This document shows, piece by piece, positions 1-8,091 of a stretch of 41,296 nt of DNA. The number at the start of each line of letters is the position of its first letter. Positions within the stretch are counted from its first letter, which is position 1. Origin of the DNA: Kiritimatiellia bacterium (lineage in GTDB: Bacteria > Verrucomicrobiota > Kiritimatiellia > CAIKKV01); NCBI GenBank assembly GCA_964201555.1, contig CAXNFL010000002.1, positions 1-41,296 on the forward strand. The letters are read 5' to 3'. A model generated the notes under the pieces. The model was not told where the DNA came from. It worked only from the letters and a program-made list of their open reading frames with translations, and did no database searches. The position numbers were made by a program, and so were the translations under genes.

Positions 1-785
1 TCCAGCTCCACGGCGTCGTAGGGGCTGACGTAGAGGAACTTGCCGGCGGTCAGGTCGTAGGCGGAGAACGCCACAGCCTTGGCGAACTTGCCTTCCAGCA
101 TGATGTAGAGGAGGTTGCGCGCCTTGTCCATGAGCGTGGTGGCGGTGCACTGGCCGGGAAGGTGGTCGATGACGGCGGCCTTTCCTGTTTTCGGGTTGTA
201 GCGGAAAATCGGGCTTCCCGGCTGATTCGTCGTCCAGGCGTATTCGTAGGCGGTGCCGCCGGAATTGAGGGTGGTGATGATATAGATCATCCCGTCGGCG
301 CTTTCCTGGATGCCGGCGTGGACCTTGGACCAGTAGACGTCGCCGGGCTGGCGGGCGACGGCGTTCACGTCGAGGATCGTCTTCAGCGTTTTGGCGGCCG
401 GATCCCAGGCGTAGACGAAGCAGTAGGCCCCGGTCTTGTTGTTGCCGTGGTCGCCAATGCCGCAGTAGACCAGGCCGTTCGAGCCCACGCAGATGTCGCC
501 CCAGGCCGACCAGCCGGTCCCGTTCAGCCCCGGGTTGGGCAGGTTGGTGTGATAGGCCAGCTCCACGACGGGGGCCTTCTTCGCCATGACGAAAGGCGCC
601 GCATGGGCGTTGGTCCGCAGCGTGGCCACGTCGGCGGGGATCTTCAGAAAATCGTCGGATTGAATCGTCACCGTCCCCTTGACCGCGCCCGGCAGCGCGG
701 GCGGCCATGGCTGGGCCAGGGCCGACTGGCCGTAGAGAAGCGCTGCAGTTGCAACGGATAAGCGTATCAGGCGAAAAGGGTTCAT
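1..785 (-). CDS. secreted hypothetical protein; 5' part only, the gene runs off the left window edge
   Basis: My own reverse translation from ATG (783-785) gives MNPFRLIRLSVATAALLYGQSALAQPWPPALPG..., a signal peptide. I translated codon by codon only from 785 down to about 601 and found no stop. That the frame stays open to position 1 is inferred from the track listing no minus-strand ORF ending inside 1-785. It is absent from the ORF track because there is no stop in the window. The listed 162..761 + ORF is its antisense shadow. Confidence 0.6.
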   Translation of the reverse strand, partial: MNPFRLIRLSVATAALLYGQSALAQPWPPALPGAVKGTVTIQSDDFLKIPADVATLRTNAHAAPFVMAKKAPVVELAYHTNLPNPGLNGTGWSAWGDICVGSNGLVYCGIGDHGNNKTGAYCFVYAWDPAAKTLKTILDVNAVARQPGDVYWSKVHAGIQESADGMIYIITTLNSGGTAYEYAWTTNQPGSPIFRYNPKTGKAAVIDHLPGQCTATTLMDKARNLLYIMLEGKFAKAVAFSAYDLTAGKFLYVSPYDAVEL

Positions 786-880
786 CAGGGAAATCTCCAG
801 TAGATTCTCTCCATCCTATGCCCTGCCGGTGGCTTTGCCAAGGAGGGATTGTTGTGGGAGCGCGGTACCGTCCGCGCAAT

Positions 881-919
881 GTGTCCGATCTCCATACACA
901 CGTGTCCGATAGTTGGACA
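881..919 (+). promoter_or_regulatory. candidate upstream activator (enhancer-binding protein) site for the flp sigma-54 promoter
   Basis: GTGTCCGAT occurs twice (881-889 and 902-910), 21 nt apart. The second copy is part of the palindrome TGTCC-N7-GGACA (903-919), which resembles the TGT-N10/11-ACA form of NtrC/NifA-type UAS. It lies about 55-90 nt upstream of the -24 element, with A-tracts in between. Confidence 0.3.
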
Positions 920-971
920 TAAGCAGATAAAAAAGGGGTAAAAACGACCATAAAGGGGCCTTTTTTCGACT

Positions 972-987
972 TGGCACAGAGGTTGCT
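972..987 (+). promoter_or_regulatory. sigma-54 (RpoN) -24/-12 promoter upstream of flp
   Basis: TGGCACagaggTTGCT matches the consensus TGGCAC-N5-TTGCW exactly in the GG/GC elements and the spacing. It is about 80 nt upstream of the flp ATG and in the correct orientation. Confidence 0.6.
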
Positions 988-1068
988 TTAGGGGATACCG
1001 CCAACGGAACGGAGGAAGTCCGCAGTGGAAGTTCCCCGGAAGGCGAAGGCAGAAAAAAGGAGCCGAGG

Positions 1069-1314
1069 ATGAATGCGAACGGAATGATGAAGCGTGGGTT
1101 TGAAGCGGTGGAGACGGCAGGATTGAAACTGGGCGTGTGCGTCCAGGGCCTGGGTTCACGCCGGAACAAGCGGGGGTTGAGCACGGTTGAAACCATCGCG
1201 CTCACCGTGGTGGTGGTCGGCGCCGTGGTCGGCGTGGCGACGATTTTAAATCCGAAACTGAATGACCTGATGGGCCGCGCCTTCGACAAGATTGCGGAAA
1301 ATCTGGGTCTCTAA
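1069..1314 (+). CDS. flp: Flp/Fap-family type IVb prepilin
   Basis: 81-aa ORF starting 7 nt after AGGAG. The segment ...RNKRG|LSTVETIALTVVVVGAVVGVATIL has the Flp-type G/xxxxE processing motif followed by a hydrophobic helix. It is the first gene of a tad operon. Confidence 0.75.
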   Translation: MNANGMMKRGFEAVETAGLKLGVCVQGLGSRRNKRGLSTVETIALTVVVVGAVVGVATILNPKLNDLMGRAFDKIAENLGL

Positions 1315-1358
1315 ACCGAAAGGAGGATCGCACTGAACAACAGGCAGGAGGAGCAACA

Positions 1359-1805
1359 GTGAATCACCACAACCAATACGATCAACCACATGTGCGCCGG
1401 GATCGTTCGGGAATGTCAACCGTGGAATTCACGCTCCTCCTGCCCTTTTTGGCTGTCATGGCGGCGTCACTCTTCTCCCTTGAGTTTCTCGTTTACCGGT
1501 CGATCGGCCAGTCGTATGCCGCCTTTTCCGCGGCCCGGCGTTGCGCCGTGAGCGGTCTGCCCGGCATCGCCCCCGTCCTGGTCCGCGCCGATTACCGCGC
1601 CTGCTCGATGCCCGGGTTTCCCGCGGTGAGCGCGCAGGGGGAGGCGGGCAATCCGAGTCGATGCAAGGTGACCGTCCGCGATTATTTTACCGCCCTGGTC
1701 CCGGGCCGGAACGGCCGGCTTCGGAGGCAAACCCTTCCTGGAGCATCGATCACGGTCGTGGCCGCTGGAACGGCGCCCGGCATGGGAGGCGATAATGACC
1801 GCTAA
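1359..1805 (+). CDS. tadE: TadE-like pseudopilin
   Basis: GTG start after AGGAGG. The N-terminus RSG|MSTVEFTLLLPFLAVMAASL matches the TadE-family N-terminal motif. Confidence 0.7.
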   Translation: MNHHNQYDQPHVRRDRSGMSTVEFTLLLPFLAVMAASLFSLEFLVYRSIGQSYAAFSAARRCAVSGLPGIAPVLVRADYRACSMPGFPAVSAQGEAGNPSRCKVTVRDYFTALVPGRNGRLRRQTLPGASITVVAAGTAPGMGGDNDR

Positions 1806-2628
1806 CGCCGATCAAGCCGGGCGGATAACCGTCGTCTTCGCGTTCCTGATGGTCGGGCTGGCCGTCTTCTTCGGCTTGTCCCTGAATGTCAGTCAGCTTT
1901 TCCAGGAGCGGGCGCACCTGCAAATCTGCGCCGATTCGGCTGCTTTTTCGGGGGCGGTTCAGCAGGCCCGCGGGTTGAACCGGATCGCCCGGATGAACAC
2001 CGAGGCGGTGAAGACGCTCAAGACGACAAAAGGCGCGCTGATGTGCATGGTGTATCCCAATCACGCGGCGGGTCAGCGGGCCGCTTGGACCGCCGAAGCC
2101 GCGTATCGGATTTACAACATCGTGAACCTGGTTAACCAGCAAAAGGCCAGCGTGGAGGCGGTGAAGGACGCGCGCCAGACGGCGGAAGAGGTGACTCGGC
2201 GCAACGAGCCCGAGGCCAAGGTGACCTCTTATGTGCCCTTGGCCTGGGGCCTGGGGCGGCTGATCCCCGCCAAGGGAACCAAGGCCGACTTCGGATTCTT
2301 TTTCAAGCAGGCGACGCCCCTGGGCGAAATCCTGATGTACGATCCGGGGCGGACGGTGAATGCGCTCGTGTTACGCAAGGCACTCCAGATGGACACGATC
2401 GGGTTCACGGCGCAAGTCCGTCGTCCGTCTTTTCCGTGGCTGTTCTCCTGGGGACGGACCAGCCAGAAGTCTGTCCGCAATTTGCGGGCCTATGCGTCGG
2501 CCAAGCCCGCGGGCGGCGCCCTGTGGATGGACGACTCCGCCGATCCCAGCTATCGCGCCAAATTGGTGCTCACCGCGTCGCTCTTTCCGCAACCGCTGAT
2601 TCCCGACAGCTGGGGGTATGCATGGTGA
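1795..2628 (+). CDS. TadG-like pilus assembly protein (TadE/G-like N-terminal anchor)
   Basis: GRITVVFAFLMVGLAVFFGLSLNVSQLFQERAHLQICADSAAFSGA matches the Tad N-terminal motif (hydrophobic anchor followed by LQ..aDaAA). The start overlaps the tadE stop. Confidence 0.6.
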   Translation: MTANADQAGRITVVFAFLMVGLAVFFGLSLNVSQLFQERAHLQICADSAAFSGAVQQARGLNRIARMNTEAVKTLKTTKGALMCMVYPNHAAGQRAAWTAEAAYRIYNIVNLVNQQKASVEAVKDARQTAEEVTRRNEPEAKVTSYVPLAWGLGRLIPAKGTKADFGFFFKQATPLGEILMYDPGRTVNALVLRKALQMDTIGFTAQVRRPSFPWLFSWGRTSQKSVRNLRAYASAKPAGGALWMDDSADPSYRAKLVLTASLFPQPLIPDSWGYAW

Positions 2629-2942
2629 GGAAGCGCGGAGGAGTGACCCTGGAGCTGGCGGCGGCCTGCGTCGCCATCGGGATTCCCGTCATGCTGGCCT
2701 TTACGCAGCTCGGTCGCCTCGACCAGGCAGCCCGGCGCCTGCAGTTTTCGGCGCAGGAAGGCTGCATTCAAGCCGCCATGGACGGGAACGAGGATCCTTC
2801 TTTCCGCCTGATTCCGGTTGTGTCGAGCGTGCAGGTTTCGGCGAGTCCCGAATGGCGGCGACTGCCCGGGGTATCGGGCTTTTCCGTGACATTGAAGCGG
2901 AGGTACTGGATCGGCACCGGAACTGGATATGGCGAGGATTGA
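2622..2942 (+). CDS. second TadE-like pseudopilin
   Basis: Internal ATG at 2622 of ORF 2436..2942, overlapping the preceding stop by 7 nt. The N-terminus MVRKRGGVTLELAAACVAIGIPVML is TadE-like (G-xxxx-E plus a hydrophobic stretch). Confidence 0.55.
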   Translation: MVRKRGGVTLELAAACVAIGIPVMLAFTQLGRLDQAARRLQFSAQEGCIQAAMDGNEDPSFRLIPVVSSVQVSASPEWRRLPGVSGFSVTLKRRYWIGTGTGYGED

Positions 2943-2969
2943 ACTGAAAAAAACACAAGGAGGGGCGGC

Positions 2970-3824
2970 GTGAATAAAAAGATGACGGTATGGGTGGCGG
3001 TGGGTCTCAGCATTCTGGCGTGGCTGTTTTACCGGGTTCATGTGTCCCGGAAGACGGCTGAAATCACGTCGCTGTATGGTTCCCGCACGCAGGTCTGGGT
3101 GGCCGCCAAGGACATGCTGGCCGGCCATGTCCTCGAGGAGCATGACGCGGACCTCGCGGAAGCGCCGGCCGCCTTTGTCCAACCGGGCGCCTTGACGAAC
3201 GCCGAGTGGGCCCCTGTCGGCGGCATGGTTCAGGTTCCGATCCGCAAGGGCGAGCAGATTCTCGCCACCAAGCTCGCCCAGGATGGCGCCGGCATGCTTT
3301 CCCTCCGCGTGGCCCAGGCGGAAGGCATGCGCGCCATGACCCTGAAATTCGACGCGGAAGGCGGGCTGGCAGGGCTCCTGCAGCCCCACGACCGGATCGA
3401 CATCATCGGCGTGTTCGAGTCGGCCGCCAGTTCATCCGAAATGACTCGCAGCCACGCCACCGTGCTGGCCCAGGCTGTTTCCGTTCTGGCCGTCGATCAG
3501 CGGATGGGCGAGCGGGCGGTCGGCGCGGAGGGCCTGTCGGAGGCGGGCCCGGGCGGGCTTGCGCGGCAGGCCTCTTCCGTGCCCATGACGGTTCACGTGA
3601 CGGTCCAGGTCACCGCCGCCGAGGCCTGGCGCCTCAGCCTGGCCTCCCAGATGGCCTACCTGCGCTGCCTCCTGCGCAATCGCCGCAACGAGAAGGCGGA
3701 GCCCCTGCAGCCGCCGACCGAACGGCTGCTTTCCCTGAAGGGCGACGAGGCCTTTGGCGCCCGCGTCCCGGTCAAGATTCGCACGTCCACCCGCTCGACC
3801 CTCGACGAACTCGGATCCCTCTAA
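2970..3824 (+). CDS. cpaB: CpaB/RcpC Flp pilus assembly protein
   Basis: N-terminal TM helix (VWVAVGLSILAWLFY) followed by a SAF-like segment (QVWVAAKDMLAGHVL...VPIRKGEQILATKL). It sits immediately upstream of the secretin. Confidence 0.75.
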   Translation: MNKKMTVWVAVGLSILAWLFYRVHVSRKTAEITSLYGSRTQVWVAAKDMLAGHVLEEHDADLAEAPAAFVQPGALTNAEWAPVGGMVQVPIRKGEQILATKLAQDGAGMLSLRVAQAEGMRAMTLKFDAEGGLAGLLQPHDRIDIIGVFESAASSSEMTRSHATVLAQAVSVLAVDQRMGERAVGAEGLSEAGPGGLARQASSVPMTVHVTVQVTAAEAWRLSLASQMAYLRCLLRNRRNEKAEPLQPPTERLLSLKGDEAFGARVPVKIRTSTRSTLDELGSL

Positions 3825-3842
3825 ATCGAAGGAGTGAAAATC

Positions 3843-5339
3843 ATGAACGGACAAATATATCAGAAATGGGTACACACGATGGGGTTTCTGGCAGTGGCCG
3901 GCCTGCTGTCGGCCCAGGCGGCGACCGTGCGCGTGAACCTGGACCTCAAGTCGGGCAAGCCCGGCGTGTTCCCCGTGAGCTATGGCGTTGGCCGCGCGGA
4001 ACTGGCGGCCGGCGGCGATCGCGTGGTTGGCGTTGAGATTGAGTCGGACACCCTCCGGATGACGCCACTCGCCGAGGGACGCACCACCCTGTACGTCTTT
4101 GATGAGGCGGAAGCCGAGCGCGACCGCTTGGAGGTGTTCGTATCGCGGGGAACCGCCGCCGGGCCTCTCGACGCGGCCGCTCGCTCGTTGCTGTGTGACA
4201 GCGAGGGGAAGCCGCTGGAGGGACTTTCGGTCTCTCTCGTGGACGGGACCGACAAGGTCCGTGTGACAGGAATGATCGGCACCCGCCAGTCCTATGCGCG
4301 GCTCGCCCAGGCGCGCGCCGTCATGGGCGAGGCGCTCGTTGACCTGACCGACCTGGCGCCCGCTTATGGCGAGACCGTGGTGGCCGAGGCGAGGAATCGC
4401 ATCGGCAACGGGAATATCGAGCTGTCCTTCTCGGGCCGCGAGCTGTTTCTGCAGGGCATGGTATTCAGCGAGGCGGAGAAGTCGTTCATCGAATGCGCGG
4501 CGGCCGGCGTGCATCCCGCGGTCCGGAGTTTTCTCACGGTCAAGCCGTGGAAGGGAAACGAAATGCCCCAGGATGTCGTCCTGGAGAAGCCTCTGCTCCT
4601 TCTCGAATGCCAATTGATCGAGATTACGCTCGATACGATGCGGGAGATGGGCGTCGACTGGGCCGGGGTTCAGACGCTGAGCGTCCAGGCCGGGTGGTCG
4701 GCGGCCGCGGGCGCCGACGCCGTGTCGTCCGTCTCCCTGGCCACGACCAAGCTGTTCCAGCTGCTGACCCCGCATTTGCAATCGGGCGACGCGCGGCTGC
4801 TCTACACGCAGAACCTGGTCTGCGAAGACGGCGGAAAGGGCCGGTTTTTCGCGGGAGGCTCGTTTCACATCGTGGCGGTGGGCCCCGGCAGCCAGGACGT
4901 GGCGGTGGAGGAAGTCGAATACGGGATCGGGCTGGACCTGGAGCCGCGCCTCGACCGGCTTGGCAATATCGAGACCAAGGTCGGGATTGAGTTCAGCAAC
5001 CTCGGCCCCTTGATCGCCTCCTATCCCTCCATCCTGAAGCGGTATGTCAGAACATCGGTGAACGTGAAACACGGCCAGACGCTTAGCCTCGGCGCCCTGA
5101 TCGGCCATACGGATTCCGAGGATATCTCGAAGATTCCCGGACTCGGCAGCATCCCGGTGCTGGGGCAGCTGTTCAAGTCGGAGCGGTATCAGAAAAAGGA
5201 GAGCGAGTTGGTGATCCTGATTACCCCGCGGCGGATCGTGCCGGGCGCCCCCGAGGAGGCGGCGCTGCGGACGGGGCTGCGGGAGAAGGTGTCGGAACCG
5301 GCGGGCTCGCAGTCCGCCCAGAAAAAGGAGGCGCGGTGA
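3843..5339 (+). CDS. cpaC: CpaC/RcpA outer-membrane secretin
   Basis: C-terminal secretin signature ISKIPGLGSIPVLGQLFKSERYQKKESELVILITPRRIV. A signal-peptide-like N-terminus is present. ATG 3843 lies 8 nt after GAAGGAG, whereas the track start GTG 3834 overlaps the RBS. Confidence 0.85.
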   Translation: MNGQIYQKWVHTMGFLAVAGLLSAQAATVRVNLDLKSGKPGVFPVSYGVGRAELAAGGDRVVGVEIESDTLRMTPLAEGRTTLYVFDEAEAERDRLEVFVSRGTAAGPLDAAARSLLCDSEGKPLEGLSVSLVDGTDKVRVTGMIGTRQSYARLAQARAVMGEALVDLTDLAPAYGETVVAEARNRIGNGNIELSFSGRELFLQGMVFSEAEKSFIECAAAGVHPAVRSFLTVKPWKGNEMPQDVVLEKPLLLLECQLIEITLDTMREMGVDWAGVQTLSVQAGWSAAAGADAVSSVSLATTKLFQLLTPHLQSGDARLLYTQNLVCEDGGKGRFFAGGSFHIVAVGPGSQDVAVEEVEYGIGLDLEPRLDRLGNIETKVGIEFSNLGPLIASYPSILKRYVRTSVNVKHGQTLSLGALIGHTDSEDISKIPGLGSIPVLGQLFKSERYQKKESELVILITPRRIVPGAPEEAALRTGLREKVSEPAGSQSAQKKEAR

Positions 5340-6739
5340 TGAAGGATACGATGGTCAAGGTGGAACCGGGTCGGGCCCGGTGCGTGGATCTGCAGTCGGT
5401 GCTGGGCGTCATTGAAGAGCGGGAGAAAAACCGGAAGGTCAAGTTTCAGGAGCTCAAGGCCCGGCTGCTGGGGCGGGTGCAGGAGAACGAGGAGCTGCGG
5501 CGGATGAACCTCGATGTCCTGGAGGGCGCGATGCGCATGGTGGCGCTGCGCAAGCGCACGGAGGACATCATCCGTTTTGAGCTCGACCGCCTGGGCGAAA
5601 CGCTGACTTCCCACGAACGGGACGCGTTGGTCAAGGAGGTGCTTGACGAGGCGCTGGAGCTGGGTCCGCTCGAGGATCTCCTGAAAGACGAGACGATCGA
5701 GGAGATCATGGTGAACGGCCCGGAGCGGATTTTCGTGGCGCGGCGGGGGAAGATGGAGTTGACCGATCGCCGTTTCGGAACGACCAAGCAGCTGGCCGGC
5801 ATCATCGACCGCATTGTGGCCCCCATCGGCCGCCGGGTGGACGAAAGCATGCCCTATGTTGATGCCCGCCTGGAGCGGGACGGGTCGCGGGTGCATATCA
5901 TTTTGCCGCCTCTGGCCGTGGACGGGCCGACCATTACGATTCGCAAGTTCTCCCGGCGCGGACTGGGCGCGGCCGATCTGGTTTCCGGTGGCTCCTGCAC
6001 CCCGGAGATGATGCGATTCATGGACCTGTGCGTGCGAGGCCGGCGGAACATCATTGTTTCTGGCGGAACCGGTACGGGCAAAACCACCTTGCTGAATGCG
6101 CTGTCGCAGTCGGTGGCCGCGGAGGAACGGGTGATCACGATTGAGGATTCGGCCGAGCTGCGCCTGAGCCACTTGAATCTGGTCCGGCTCGAAGCCCGCC
6201 GCGCGAACGTGGAAGGGCGCGGAGAGGTCACGATTCGCGACCTGGTTCGCAACGCGCTGCGGATGCGACCGGACCGCATTCTTGTGGGCGAATGCCGGGG
6301 ATCGGAAGCCTTTGACATGCTTCAGGCCATGAACACCGGGCATGAGGGATCCATGACGACCCTGCACGCCAATTCTCCCCGGGACATGCTCGCGCGCCTG
6401 GAGGGTCTCGTCATGATGGCCGTCGAAATGCCGGTCAACGTCATTCGGCGCAACATCGCCTCGGCCGTGCAGCTTGTTGTGCAAATTGCCCGGCTCAGCG
6501 ACGGCTCACGGAAAATCGAGCGCATCTCGGAGGTGTTGGGGCTGGAAGAAGGGGAGGTGGCGGTTCGGGATATTTTCGTGTTTGAGCAGACGGGGCTTAA
6601 CGCGGGCGGGCGGGTGGAAGGGCGCTTCCGGGCGACCGGGCATGTGCCCACGTTCGCGGATCGCTTGCGGATCGCCGGCCTGGATGTCGACGAAACCATG
6701 TTTGAGGATGAAACAAAGAATCAACGGGAGGCGATATGA
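5339..6739 (+). CDS. cpaF: CpaF/TadA secretion ATPase
   Basis: Walker A GGTGTGKTT, ITIEDSAEL, RMRPDRILVGECRG and GHEGSMTTLHANS are all present. The start (ATG 5339 or GTG 5336) overlaps the cpaC stop. Confidence 0.9.
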   Translation: MKDTMVKVEPGRARCVDLQSVLGVIEEREKNRKVKFQELKARLLGRVQENEELRRMNLDVLEGAMRMVALRKRTEDIIRFELDRLGETLTSHERDALVKEVLDEALELGPLEDLLKDETIEEIMVNGPERIFVARRGKMELTDRRFGTTKQLAGIIDRIVAPIGRRVDESMPYVDARLERDGSRVHIILPPLAVDGPTITIRKFSRRGLGAADLVSGGSCTPEMMRFMDLCVRGRRNIIVSGGTGTGKTTLLNALSQSVAAEERVITIEDSAELRLSHLNLVRLEARRANVEGRGEVTIRDLVRNALRMRPDRILVGECRGSEAFDMLQAMNTGHEGSMTTLHANSPRDMLARLEGLVMMAVEMPVNVIRRNIASAVQLVVQIARLSDGSRKIERISEVLGLEEGEVAVRDIFVFEQTGLNAGGRVEGRFRATGHVPTFADRLRIAGLDVDETMFEDETKNQREAI

Positions 6740-8076
6740 AACGGATGGTGTGGATCGGGTTGCTGGTGGCGGGCCTTGGCGTGTGCCGGGCGCAGGAGTT
6801 GAACGAAGGGATGCAGGAGGCGGTACCGGAGAAAATCATGAGGGCATCTGAGGCGTATAACGAAGCGGTGGCGAATCAGGAGGCGGGGCGCATGGACGTC
6901 GCGCTGGCCGGTTTTCAAAAGGTGCTGGCGGGAGCGAAAGCCGGCGCCGATGCCGATGAAAAGAGGATATTCAGCGGCGCGGCCAACAACGCCGGTAATC
7001 TGACGATGATGAGGGGGAGCCTCGGGCGGGCGGAGTTTTACTACCGCCAGGCCGTGGAATGGGACGCGGGAAATGCCTTGGCCTGGAACAATCTGGGCGC
7101 GGCCCTGCTGAAGCAGGGACGGATTCCGGACGCGCAGTCCGCCTTCGAGCGGGCCGTCAAAGAGAATCCCCTGCTGGCCATGCCGTTGAACAATCTGGCC
7201 CGGCTGCTTCTGGAAACCGGGAGCCTGCAGATGGCGGCGGAATATCTGATCGTCAGCCTCCGGATCAACCCGGGCGACCCCGAGACGCTGTTCCTGCTCG
7301 CTCGCCTCTACGAGCAGGCGGGGATGCCGGAGAGGCAGGCAAGCGTGTGGAAGGCGCTGGTTGAGGTGTCGGGCAATTCCCCGGAAAGCCGGCTGATGCT
7401 GGCCACCCATTATGTGCGGGAAGGCGTGCTGGATCAGGCCGAGAAAGTGATCGACGAAGTCCTCAAGGATAAGCCCGATTTTCCGGAAGCCCGCCTTCAG
7501 CGGGCCCGGTTGCAAGGTCGGAAGGGCCGCTGGGCCGACGCCGAAGGGACATTGAAGGACCTGCTGAAATCCTTTCCGTCGGATCCGGCGGTGCGGAACG
7601 ACCTGGCCGCCGTTTTGGCGGAGCAGGGGCGGAGCCAGGAGGCTGTCGCGCTGGCCGAGGAGGGAACGGCGCGGTTTCCGGCGCTCGCCGAAAACTGGTA
7701 TGTCCTGGGCTTGTGCTACGACAAGACGGGCGATGTTCGCCGGGCCGAAGCCGCTTTCCGCAGGTGCGTGGATGTCAAGCCGGCGTATGCCCGCGCGTGG
7801 AATGACCTGGGCGTCATCGCGGTCCGGCGCGGGGATAAGGAGGGCGCCCTGGACTCGTTTTCAAAGGCGTTGGCCGCCGATCCCTATCTGCCCGACGCCC
7901 AGTACAACTTGGGCCGGTTTCTGGTGCTCAGCCAGATCGATTTCGATCGTGGCATCCGTTTGATGGCCGCCGTGGCGGACGGCCACAGTCCGTACGTCGA
8001 TCTCGCCGTCAAGTTCCTCGACGACCTGATCCTTATTGGTCAGGGCAAGGATCCGGGCTGGAAGGGAAACCGTTAA
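6736..8076 (+). CDS. secreted TPR-repeat protein (TadD-like role)
   Basis: Signal peptide MKRMVWIGLLVAGLGVCRAQE. Multiple TPR-like units are visible (AxxYYRQAVEWDAGNALAWNNLGAALLKQGR..., ARAWNDLGVIAVRRGDKEGALDSFSKALAADP). An ATGA overlap links it to cpaF. Confidence 0.7.
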   Translation: MKRMVWIGLLVAGLGVCRAQELNEGMQEAVPEKIMRASEAYNEAVANQEAGRMDVALAGFQKVLAGAKAGADADEKRIFSGAANNAGNLTMMRGSLGRAEFYYRQAVEWDAGNALAWNNLGAALLKQGRIPDAQSAFERAVKENPLLAMPLNNLARLLLETGSLQMAAEYLIVSLRINPGDPETLFLLARLYEQAGMPERQASVWKALVEVSGNSPESRLMLATHYVREGVLDQAEKVIDEVLKDKPDFPEARLQRARLQGRKGRWADAEGTLKDLLKSFPSDPAVRNDLAAVLAEQGRSQEAVALAEEGTARFPALAENWYVLGLCYDKTGDVRRAEAAFRRCVDVKPAYARAWNDLGVIAVRRGDKEGALDSFSKALAADPYLPDAQYNLGRFLVLSQIDFDRGIRLMAAVADGHSPYVDLAVKFLDDLILIGQGKDPGWKGNR

Positions 8077-8091
8077 ATCAAGGAGATGAGG

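Noticed and set aside
162-761. 199-aa + strand ORF at the left edge
   Set aside because: It lies antisense to a minus-strand frame that begins with a clean signal peptide at 785 and that I infer stays open to the window edge. Its Gly/Val/Arg/Asp-rich low-complexity translation is typical of a shadow ORF in GC-rich DNA.
3432-5108. 558-aa minus-strand ORF across cpaB/cpaC. The same pattern applies to 5189..6484, 6721..7515, 9752..10369, 10393..11268 and 11281..12402.
   Set aside because: These lie antisense to genes with strong family motifs (secretin, CpaF, TadB/C). They are Arg/Gly/Pro/His-rich with no motifs, which marks them as GC-rich shadow ORFs.
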